Position numbers and translations under genes: made by a program | Part shown: positions 1 through 11,050 of the stretch, piece by piece | How the letters are laid out: each line of letters opens with the position of its first letter | Numbering within the stretch: the first letter of the stretch is position 1 | NCBI GenBank assembly: GCA_964016885.1 | Contig: OZ024740.1 | Span: forward strand, 386,136,001-386,200,000 | Direction: 5' to 3' | DNA from: Eledone cirrhosa | Lineage: Eukaryota | Length of the DNA stretch: 64,000 nucleotides | Notes under the pieces: generated by a model | Told to the model about the DNA's origin: nothing | Seen by the model: only the letters and a program-made list of their open reading frames with translations | The model's database searches: none

Positions 1-9
1 GAGGAGGGA

Positions 10-36
10 ACCACTGGAGAGAGTGGTACTATATAG
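10..36. other. Monomer-internal dyads: inverted repeat ACCACT-GGAGAG-AGTGGT (monomer positions 10-27) and palindrome CTATATAG (29-36); first copy shown
   Basis: ACCACT is the reverse complement of AGTGGT (6-bp stem, 6-nt loop). CTATATAG is self-complementary in TATAT-type monomers. A GTAC (RsaI) site lies at positions 26-29 of nearly every monomer. Confidence 0.9.
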
Positions 37-880
37 ACCTCTGGTTAGAATGGCACAGGAGGGAAGCACTGGAGAGAGTGGTACTATATAGACATCTGGT
101 TAGAATGGGAGAACAGGGAACCACTGGAGAGAGTGGTACTACATAGACATCTGGTTAGAATGGCAGAGGAGGGAACCACTGGAGCGAGTGGTACTATATA
201 GACATGTGTTTACAATGGCAAAGGAGGTAACCATTGGAGAGAGTGGTACTATATAGACATCTGGTTAGAATGGCAGAGGAGGGTACCACTGGTGAGAGTG
301 GTACTATATAAACCTCTGGTTAGAATGGCAGAGGAGGGACCCATTGGAGAGAGTGGTACTATATAGACATCTGGTTAGAATGGGAGAGTAGGGAACCACT
401 GGAGAGAGTGGTACTACATAGACATCTGGTTAGAATGGCAGAGGAGGGAACCACTGGAGAGAGTGGTACTACATAGACATCTGGTTAGAATGGCAGACGA
501 GGGAACCACTGGAGAGAGTGGTACTACATAGACATCTGGTTAGAATGGCAGTTGAGGGAACCACTGGAGAGAGTGGTACTACACAGGCATCTGGTTAGAA
601 TGGGAGAGGAGGGAACCACTGGAGAGAGTGGTACTATATAAACAAATGGTTAGAATGGCAGAGGAGGGAACCACTGGAGGTAGTGGTACTACATAGACAT
701 CTAGTTAGAATGGGAGAGCAGGGAACCACTGGAGAGAGTGGTACTATATAGACATCTGGTTAGAATGGCAGAGGAGGGAACCACTTGATAGAGTGGTACT
801 ACATAGACATCTGGTTAGAATGGGAGAGGAGGGAACCACTGGAGAGAGTGGTACTATATAGACCTCTGGTTAGAATGGCA

Positions 881-1265
881 CAGGAGGGAAGCACTGGAGA
901 GAGTGGTACTATATAGACATCTGGTTAGAATGGGAGAACAGGGAACCACTGGAGAGAGTGGTACTACATAGACATCTGTTTAGAATGGCAGAGGAGGGAA
1001 CCACTGGAGAGAGTGATACTACACAGACATCTGGTTAGAATGGGAGAGTAGGGAAACGCTGCAGAGAGTGGTACTATATAGACATCTGGTTAGAATGGCA
1101 GAGGAGGGAAACACTGGAGAGAGTAGTACTACATAGACATCTGGATAGAATGGGAGAGGAGGGAACCACTGGAGAGAGTGGTACTATATAGACATCTGGT
1201 TAGAATGGCAGTTGAGGGAACCACTGGAGAGAGTGGTACTACATAGACATCTGGTTAGAATGGCA
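881..1265 (+). repeat. Cassette B: ordered run of about 7 variant monomers
   Basis: CACAGG..AAGCACT > GAACAGGG > AGTGATACTACACAG > GAGTAGGG..CGCTGCAG > GAAACACT..AGTAGT..GGATAG > consensus > GTTGAGGG. Seen again near 3.8, 14.1, 17.0, 31.3, 35.7, 37.7, 39.7, 42.4, 43.1, 45.3, 54.6, 56.4, 58.8 and 61.1 kb. Confidence 0.9.
1156..1210 (+). repeat. Example of an exact consensus 55-bp monomer
   Basis: Reads GAGGAGGGAACCACTGGAGAGAGTGGTACTATATAGACATCTGGTTAGAATGGCA. Confidence 0.97.
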
Positions 1266-2475
1266 GAGGAGGGGAGCACTGGAGTGAGTGGTACTATAGA
1301 GACATCTGGTTAGAATGACAGAGGAGGGAACCACTGGAGAGATTGGTACTACATAGACATCTAGTTACAATGGCAGAAGAGGGAACCACTGGAGAGATTG
1401 GTACTACATAGACATCTGGTTAGAATGGCAGAGGAGGGAACCATTGGAGAGAGTGGTACTATATAGACATCTGGTTAGAATGGCAGAGGAGGGAACCACT
1501 GGAGCGAGTGGTACTATATAGACATCTGGTTAGAATGGCAGTTGAGAGAACCACTGGAGAGAGTGGTACTACACAGACATCTGGTTAGAATGGGAGAGGA
1601 GGGAAGCACTGGAGTGAGTGGTACTATAGAGACATCTGGTTAGAATGACAGAGGAGGGAACCACTGGAGAGATTCGTACTACATAGACATCTGGTTAGAA
1701 TGGCAGAGGAGGGAACCATTGGAGAGAGTGGTACTATATAGACATCTGGTTAGAATGGCAGAGGAGGGAACCACTGGAGAGAGTGGTACTACACAGACAT
1801 CTGGTTAGATTGGGAGAGGAGGGAAGCACTGGAGTGAGTGGTACTATAGAGACATCTGGTTAGAATGACAGAGGAGGGAACCACTGGAGAGATTGGTACT
1901 ACATAGACGTCTAGTTACAATGGCAGAAGAGGGACCCACTGGAGAGATTGGTACTACATAGACATCTGGTTAGAATGGCAGAGGAGGGAACCATTGGAGA
2001 GAGTGGTACTATATAGACATCTGGTTAGAATGGCAGAGGAGGGAACCACTGGAGAGAGTGGTACTACACAGACATCTGGTTAGAATGGGAGAGGAGGGAA
2101 GCACTGGAGTGAGTGGTACTATAGAGACATCTGGTTAGAATGACAGAGGAGGGAACCACTGGAGAGATTGGTACTACATAGACATCTAGTTACAATGGCA
2201 GAAGAGGGACCCACTGGAGAGATTGGTACTACATAGACATCTGGTTAGAATGGCAGAGGAGGGAACCATTGGAGAGAGTGGTACTATATAGACATCTGGT
2301 TAGAATGGCAGAGGAGGGAACCACTGGAGAGAGTGGTACTACACAGACATCTGGTTAGAATGGGAGAGGAGGGAAGCACTGGAGTGAGTGGTACTATAGA
2401 GACATCTGGTTAGAATGACAGAGGAGGGACCCACTGGAGAGATTGGTACTACATAGACATCTGGTTAGAATGGCA
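1266..2475 (+). repeat. Cassette A: higher-order repeat of 4-6 monomers, locally tandem
   Basis: Ordered variants: AAGCACTGGAGTGAG..TATAGAGAC..ATGACA > GAGATTGG..CTAGTTACAA > GAAGAGGG..GAGATTGG > CCATTGG > ..TACACAG. The marker lies at 1271, 1601, 1821, 2096 and 2371 (spacings 330, 220, 275, 275). The cassette recurs many times up to about 63.1 kb. Confidence 0.92.
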
Positions 2476-2804
2476 GAGGAGGGAACCATTGGAGAGAGTG
2501 GTACTATATAGACATCTGTTTAGAATGGCAGAGGAGGGAACCACTTGAAAGATTGGTAATATATAGACATCTGGTTAGAATGGGAATGGAGGGGACCACT
2601 GGAGAGAGTGGTACTATATATCATCTGGTTATAATGGCAGAGGAGGGAACCACTGGAGAGAGTGCTACTATATAGACATCTGGTTAGAATGGGAGAGTAG
2701 GGAACCACTGGAGAGAGTGGTACTATATAAACATCTGGTTAGAATGGCAGAGGAGGGACCCATTGGAGAGAGAGGTACTATATAGACATCTGGTTAGAAT
2801 GGGA
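2476..2804 (+). repeat. Cassette C: contains the 54-bp monomer and is the source of the recurring 62/67-aa minus-strand ORFs
   Basis: TGTTTAG > CACTTGAAAGATTGGTAAT > GGGAATGGAGGGGACC..TATATCATC (-1 bp) > consensus > GAGTAGGG..TATAAAC > GGGACCCATT. Copies coincide with the ORF-track entries at 2520, 22029, 26039, 30434, 31973, 40532, 43939, 45713, 46152, 47691, 48790, 50109, 51648, 54065, 55879 and 62477. Confidence 0.92.
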
Positions 2805-5800
2805 GAGTAGGGAACCACTGGAGAGAGTGGTACTATATAGACATCTGGTTAGAATGGCAGAGGAGGGAAACACTGGAGAGAGTAGTACTACATAGACATC
2901 TGGATAGAATGGGAGAGGAGGGAACCACTGGAGAGAGTGGTACTATATAGACATCTCGTTAGAATGGGAGAGGAGGGGACCACTGGATAGAGTGGTACTA
3001 TATAGACATCTGGTTAGAATGGCCAAGGAGGGAACCACTGGAGAGAGTGGTACTATATAGACATCTGGTTAGAATGGGAGAGTAGGGAACCACTGGAGAG
3101 AGTGGTACTATATAAACATCTGGTTAGAATGGCAGAGGAGGGACCCATTGGAGAGAGTGGTACTATATAGACATCTGGTTAGAAGGGGAGAGTAGGGAAC
3201 CACTGGAGAGAGTGGTACTACATAGACATCTGGTTAGAATGGCAGAGGAGGGAACCACTGGAGAGAGTGGTACTACATAGACATCTGGTTAGAATGGCAG
3301 ATGAGGGAACCACTGGAGAGAGTGGTACTACATAGACATCTGGTTAGAATGGCAGTTGAGGGAACCACTGGAGAGAGTGGTACTACACAGACATCTGGTT
3401 AGAATGGGAGAGGAGGGAACCACTGGAGAGAGTGGTACTATATAAACATCTGGTTAGAATGGCAGAGGAGGGAACCACTGGAAGTAGTGGTACTACATAT
3501 ACATCTGGTTAGAATGGGAGAGCAGGGAACCACTGGAGAGAGTGGTACTATATAGACATCTGTTTAGAATGGCAGTTGAGGGAACTACTGGAGAGAGTGG
3601 TACTACACAGACATCTGGTTAGAATGGGAGAGGAGGGAACTACTGGAGAGAGTGGTACTATATAAACATCTGGTTAGAATGGCAGAGGAGGGAACCACTT
3701 GATAGAGTGGTACTACATAGACATCTGGTTAGAATGGGAGAGGAGGGAACCACTGGAGAGAGTGGTACTATATAGACATCTGGTTAGAATGGCACAGGAG
3801 GGAAGCACTGGAGTGAGTGGTACTATATAGACATCTGGTTAGAATGGGAGAACAGGGAACCACTGGAGAGAGTGGTACTACATAGACATCTGGTTAGAAT
3901 GGCAGAGGAGGGAACCACTGGAGAGAGTGATACTACACAGACATCTGGTTAGAATGGGAGAGTAGGGAACCGCTGCAGAGAGTGGTACTATATAGACATC
4001 TGGTTAGAATGGCAGAGGAGGGAAACACTGGAGAGAGTAGTACTACATAGACATCTTGATAGAATGGGAGAGGAGGGAACCACTGGAGAGAGTGGTACTA
4101 TATAGACATCTGGTTAGAATGGCAGTTGAGGGAACCACTGGAGAGAGTGGTACTACATAGACATCTGGTTAGAATGGCAGAGGAGGTAACCACTGGAGAG
4201 AGTGGTACTATATAGACATCTGGTTAGAATGGCAGTTGAGGGAACCACTGGAGAGAGTGGTACTACATAGACATCTGGTTAGAATGGGAGAGGAGGGAAC
4301 CACTGGAGAGAGTGGTACTATATAGACATCTGGTTAGAATGGGAGAGGTGGGAACCACTGGAGAGAGTGTTACTATATAGACATCTGGTTAGAATGGCAG
4401 AGGAGGGAACCACTGGAGAGAGTGGTACTATAAAGACATCTGGTTAGAATGGCAGTTGAGGGAACCACTGGAGAGAGTGGTACTACACAGACATCTGGTT
4501 AGAATGGGAGAGGAGGGAACTACTGGAGAGAGTGGTACTATATAAACATCTGGTTAGAATGGCAGAGGAGTGAACCACTTGATAGAGTGGTACTACATAG
4601 ACATCTGGTTAGAATGGCAGAGGAGGGAACCATTGGTGAGAGTGGTACTACATAGACATCTTGATAGAATGGGAGAGGAGGGAACCACTGGAGAGAGTGG
4701 TACTACATAGACATCTGGTTAGAATGGCAGAGGAGGGAACCACTGGAGAGAGTGGTACTACATAGACATCTGGTTAGAATGGCAGACGAGGGAACCACTG
4801 GAGAGAGTGGTACTACATAGACATCTGGTTAGAATGGCAGTTGAGGGAACCACTGGAGAGAGTGGTACTACACAGTTATCTGGTTAGAATGGGAGAGGAG
4901 GGAACCACTGGAGAGAGTGGTACTATATAAACAAATGGTTAGAATGGCAGAGGAGGGAACCACTGGAGGTAGTGGTACTACATAGACATCTGGTTAGAAT
5001 GGGAGAGCAGGGAACCACTGGAGAGAGTGGTACTATATAGACATCTGGTTAGAATGGCAGTCGAGGGAACCACTTGAGAGAGTGGTACTACACAGACATC
5101 TGGTTAGAATGGGAGAGGAGGGAACTACTGGAGAGAGTGGTACTATATAAACATCTGGTTAGAATGGCAGAGGAGTGAACCACTTGATAGAGTGGTACTA
5201 CATAGACATCTGGTTAGAATGGCAGAGGAGGGAACCACTGGTGAGAGTGGTACTATATAAACCTCTGGTTAGAATGGCAGAGGAGGGACCCATTGGAGAG
5301 AGTGGTACTATATAGACATCTGGTTAGAATGGGAGAGTAGGGAACCACTGGAGAGAGTGGTACTACATAGACATCTGGTTAGAATGGCAGAGGAGGGAAC
5401 CACTTGATAGAGTGGTACTACATAGACATCTGGTTAGAATGGCAGAGGAGGGAACCATTGGAGAGAGTGGTACTATATAGACATCTGGTTAGAATGGGAA
5501 TGGAGAGGACCACTGGAGAGAGTGGTACTATATATCATCTGGTTAGAATGGCAGAGGAGGGAACCACTGGAGAGAGTGGTACTATATAGACATCTGGTTA
5601 GAATGGGAGAGTAGGGAACCACTGGAGAGAGTGGTACTATATAAACATCTGGTTAGAATGGCAGAGGAGGGACCCATTGGAGAGAGAGGTACTATATAGA
5701 CATCTGGTTAGAATGGGAGAGTAGAGAACCACCGGAGAGAGTGGTACTATATAGACATCTGGTTAGAATGGCAGAGGAGGGAAACACTGGAGAGAGTAGT

Positions 5801-7749
5801 ACTACATAGACATCTGGATAGAATGGGAGAGGAGGGAACCACTGGAGAGAGTGGTACTATATAGACATCTGGTTAGAATGGCAGTTGAGGGAACCACTGG
5901 AGAGAGTGGTACTATATAGACATCTGGTTAGAATGGCACAGGAGGGAAGCACTGGAGAGAGTGGTACTATATAGACATCTGGTTAGAATGGGAGAACAGG
6001 GAACCACTGGAGAGAGTGGTACTACATAGACATCTGGTTAGAATGGCAGAGGAGGGAACCACTGGAGTGAGTGGTACTATATAAACATCTGGTTAGAATG
6101 GCAGAGGAGGGAACCACTGGTGAGAGTGATACTACACAGACATCTGGTTAGAATGGGAGAGTAGGGAACCGCTGCAGAGAGTGGTACTATATAGACATCT
6201 GGTTAGAATGGCAGAGGAGGGAAACACTGGAGAGAGTAGTACTACATAGACATCTGGATAGAATGGGAGAGGAGGGAACCACTGGAGAGAGTGGTACTAT
6301 ATAGACATCTGGTTAGAATGGCAGTTGAGGGAACCACTGGAGAGAATGGTACTACATAGACATCTGGTTAGAATGGCAGAGGAGGGAACCACTGGAGAGA
6401 TTGGTACTACATAGACATCTGGTTAGAATGGCAGAGGAGGGAACCATTGGAGAGTGGTACTATATAGACATCTGGTTAGAATGGCAGAGGAGGGAACCAC
6501 TGGAGAGAGTGGTACTATATAGACATCTGGTTAGAATGGCAGTTGAGGGAACCACTGGAGAGAGTGGTACTATATAGACATCTGGTTAGAATGGCAGAGG
6601 AGGGAACCACTGGAGAGAGTGGTACTACATAGACATCTGGTTAGAATGGGAGAAGAGGGAAGCACTGGAGTGAGTGGTACTACATAGACATCTGGTTAGA
6701 ATGGGAGAGGAGGGAACCACTGGAGAGATTGGTACTACATAGACATCTGGTTAGAATGGCAGAGGAGTGAACCATTGGAGAGAGTGGTACTATATAGACA
6801 TCTGTTTAGAATGGCAGAGGAGGGAACCACTGGAGAGAGTGGTACTATATATCATCTGGTTAGAATGGCAGAGGAGGGAACCACTGGAGAGAGTGGTACT
6901 ACATAGACATCTGGTTAGAATGGGAGAGGAGGGAACCACTGGAGAGAGTGGTACTATATAGACATCTGGTTAGAATGGCAGATGAGGGAACCACTGGAGA
7001 GAGTGGTACTATATATCATCTGGTTAGAATGGCAGAGGAGGGAACCACTGGAGAGAGTGGTACTACATAGACATCTGGTTAGAATGGGAGAGGAGGGAAC
7101 CACTGGAGAGAGTGGTACTATATAGACATCTGGTTAGAATGGCAGACGAGGGAACCACTGGAGAGAGTGGTACTATATAGGCATCTGGTTAGAATGGCAG
7201 AGTAGGGAATCACTGGAGCGAGTGGTACTATATAGACATCTGGATAGAATGGGAGAGGAGGGAACCACTGGAGAGAGTGGTACTATATAGACATCTGGTT
7301 AGAATGGCAGAGGAGAGAACCACTGGAGAGAGTGGTACTATATAGACATCTGGTTAGAATGGGAGAGGAGGGAACCACTGGAGAGAGTGGTACTATATAG
7401 ACATCTGGTTAGAATGGGAGAGGAGGGAACCACTGGAGAGAGTGGTACTATATAGACATCTGGTTAGAATAGGAGAGGAGGGAACCACTGGAGAGAGTGG
7501 TACTATATAGAGATCTGGTTAGAATGGCACAGGAAGGAAGCACTGGAGAGAGTGGTACTATATAGACATCTGGTTAGTATGGGAGAACAGGGAACCACTG
7601 GAGAGAGTGGTACTACATAGACATCTGGTTAGAATGGCAGAGGAGGTAACCACTGGAGAGAGTGGTACTATATAGACATTTGGTTAGAATGGCCAAGGAG
7701 GGGATCAGTGGATAGAGTGGTACTATATAGACATCTGGTTAGAATGGCA

Positions 7750-10700
7750 GAGGAGGGAACCACTGGAGAGAGTGGTACTATATAGACATCTGGTTAGAAT
7801 GGCAGAGGAGGGAACCATTGGAGAGAGTGGTACTATATAGACATCTGGTTAGAATGGCACAGGAGGGAACCATTGGAGAGAGTGGTACTATATAGACATC
7901 TGGTTAGAATGGGAGAGGAGGGAACCACTGGAGAGAGTGGTACTACATAGACATCTGGTTAGAATGGCAGAGGAGGTAACCACTGGAGAGAGTGTACTAT
8001 ATAGACATCTGGTTAGAATGGCAAAGGAGGGAACCACTGGAGAGAGAGGTACTACATAGATATCTGGTTAGAATGGCAGACGAGGGACCCACTGGAGAGA
8101 GTGGTACTACATAGACATCTGGTTAGAATGGCAGTTGAGGGAACCACTGGAGAGAGTGGTACTACACAGACATCTGGTTAGAATGGGAGAGTAGGGAACC
8201 ACTGGAGAGAGTGGTACTATATAAACATCTGGTTAGAATGGCAGAGGAGGGAACCATTGGAGAGAGTGGTACTATATAGACATCTGGTTAGAATGGGAGA
8301 GGAGGGAACCACTGGAGAGAGAAGTACTACATAGACATCTTGTTAGAATGGCAGAGGAGGTAACCACTGGAGAGAGTGGTACTATATAGACATCTGGTTA
8401 GAATGGCAAAGGAGGGAACCACTGGAGAGAGTGGTACTACATAGACATCTGGTTAGAATGGCAGACGAGGGAACCACTGGAGAGAGTGGTTCTACATAGA
8501 CATCTGGTTAGAATGGCACAGGAGGGAAGCACTGGAGAGAGTGGTACTATATAGACATCTGGTTAGAATGGGAGAACAGGGAACCACTGGAGAGAGTGGT
8601 ACTACATAGACATCTGGTTAGAATGGCACAGGAGGGAACCACTGGAGAGAGTGATACTACACAGACATCTGGTTAGAATGGGAGAGTAGGGAACCGCTGG
8701 AGAGAGTGGTACTATATAGACATCTGGTTAGAATGAGAGAGGAGGGAACCACTAGAGAGAGTGCTACTACATAGACATCTGGTTAGAATGAGAGAGGAGG
8801 GGACCACTGGAGAGAGTGGTACTATATAGACATCTCGTTAGAATGGGAGAGGACGGGACCACTGGATAGAGTGGTACTATATAGACATCTGGTTAGAATG
8901 GCAGAGGAGGGGACCACTGGAGAGAGTGGTACTATATAGACATCTGGGTAGGATGGCAGAGGAGGGACCCACTGGAGAGAGTGGTACTATATATCATCTG
9001 GTTAGAATGGCAGAGGAGGGAACCACTTGATAGAGTGGTACTACATAGACATCTAGTTAGAATGGCAAAGGAGGGAACCACTGGAGAGAGTGGTACTATA
9101 TAGACATCTGGTTAGAATGGCAGACGAGGGAACCACTGGAAAGAGTGGTACTACATAGACATCTGGTTAGAATGGCAGAGGAGGGAACCACTGGGGCGAG
9201 TGGTACTATATAGTCATCTGGATTGGATGGGAGAGGAGGGAACCACTGGAGAGAGTGGTACTATATAGACATCTGGTTAGAATGGGAGAAAAGGGAACCA
9301 CTGGACAGATTGGTACTATGGAGACATTTGGTTAGAATGGGAGAGGAGGGAACCCCTGGAGAGAGTGGTACTATAGAGACATCTGGTTAGAATGGCAGAG
9401 GAGGGAACCATTGGAGAGAGTGGTACTATATAGACATCTGGTTAGAATGGCACAGGAGGGAACCACTGGAGAGAGTGGTACTATATAGACATCTGGTTAG
9501 AATGGCAGAGGAGGGAACCATTGGAGAGAGTGGTACTATATAGACATCTGGTTAGAATCGCACAGGAGGGAACCATTGGAGAGAGTGGTACTATATAGAC
9601 ATCTGGTTAGAATGGGAGAGGAGGGAACCACTGGAGAGAGTGGTACTACATAGACATCTGGTTAGAATGGCAGAGGAGGTAACCACTGGAGAGAGTGGTA
9701 CTATATAGACATCTGGTTAGAATGGCAAAGGAGGGAACCACTGGAGAGAGAGGTACTACATAGATATCTGGTTAGAATGGCAGACGAGGGACCCACTGGA
9801 GAGAGTGGTACTACATAGACATCTGGTTAGAATGGCAGTTGAGGGAACCACTGGAGAGAGTGGTACTACACAGACATCTGGTTAGAATGGGAGAGTAGGG
9901 AACCACTGGAGAGAGTGGTACTATATAAACATCTGGTTAGAATGGCAGAGGAGGGAACCATTGGAGAGAGTGGTACTATATAGACATCTGGTTAGAATGG
10001 GAGAGGAGGGAACCACTGGAGAGAGAAGTACTACATAGACATCTGGTTAGAATGGCAGAGGAGGTAACCACTGGAGAGAGTGGTACTATATAGACATCTG
10101 GTTAGAATGGCAAAGGAGGGAACCACTGGAGAGAGTGGTACTACATAGACATCTAGTTACAATGGCAGAAGAGGGACCCACTGGAGAGATTGGTACTACA
10201 TAGACATCTGGTTAGAATGGCAGACGAGGGAACCACTGGAGAGAGTGGTACTACATAGACATCTGGTTAGAATGGCACAGGAGGGAAGCACTGGAGAGAG
10301 TGGTACTATATAGACATCTGGTTAGAATGGGAGAACAGGGAACCACTGGAGAGAGTGGTACTACATAGACATCTGGTTAGAATGGCACAGGAGGGAACCA
10401 CTGGAGAGAGTGATACTACACAGACATCTGGTTAGAATGGGAGAGTAGGGAACCGCTGGAGAGAGTGGTACTATATAGACATCTGGTTAGAATGAGAGAG
10501 GAGGGAACCACTGGAGAGAGTGCTACTACATAGACATCTGGTTAGAATGAGAGAGGAGGGGACCACTGGAGAGAGTGGTACTATATAGACATCTCGTTAG
10601 AATGGGAGAGGAGGGGACCACTGGATAGAGTGGTACTATATAGACATCTGGTTAGAATGGCAGAGGAGGGGACCACTGGAGAGAGTGGTACTATATAGAC

Positions 10701-11050
10701 ATCTGGTTAGGATGGCAGAGGAGGGACCCACTGGAGAGAGTGGTACTATATATCATCTGGTTAGAATGGCAGAGGAGGGAACCACTTGATAGAGTGGTAC
10801 TACATAGACATCTAGTTAGAATGGCAAAGGAGGGAACCACTGGAGAGAGTGGTACTATATAGACATCTGGTTAGAATGGCAGACGAGGGAACCACTGGAA
10901 AGAGTGGTACTATATAGTCATCTGGTTTGGATGGGAGAGGAGGGAACCACTGGACAGATTGGTACTATGGAGACATTTGGTTAGAATGGGAGAGGAGGGA
11001 ACCCCTGGAGAGAGTGGTACTATAGAGACATCTGGTTAGAATGGCAGAGG
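7750..11050 (+). repeat. Tandem duplication of about 1.7 kb (30-32 monomers); boundaries approximate
   Basis: Private markers pair up: TAGATATCT 8061/9765 and GAGAAGTAC 8321/10025 (offset 1704), GTGCTACTAC 8761/10520 (1759), GGACAGATTGGTACTATGG 9303/10952 (1649). Confidence 0.88.

Noticed and set aside
2-7. Perfect Shine-Dalgarno-like AGGAGG in most monomers
   Set aside because: The consensus has no ATG at a suitable distance and no ORF follows. The motif is expected by chance in a purine-rich tract.
30-36. TATA-box-like TATATAG / TATATAAA in many monomers
   Set aside because: The site is freely disrupted by the very common TACAT and TACAC alleles and there is no downstream gene. Promoter activity cannot be supported from sequence alone.
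1-165. Three monomers equal 165 bp, close to a nucleosome-plus-linker length
   Set aside because: I see no 3-monomer periodicity among variants (cassettes are 4-8 monomers), so this is numerology without MNase data.
162-173. GGCAGAGGAGGG resembling the Jeffreys minisatellite core (GGGCAGGAXG) or chi-like motifs
   Set aside because: The match is short and needs a gap, which is unremarkable in a G/A-rich repeat.
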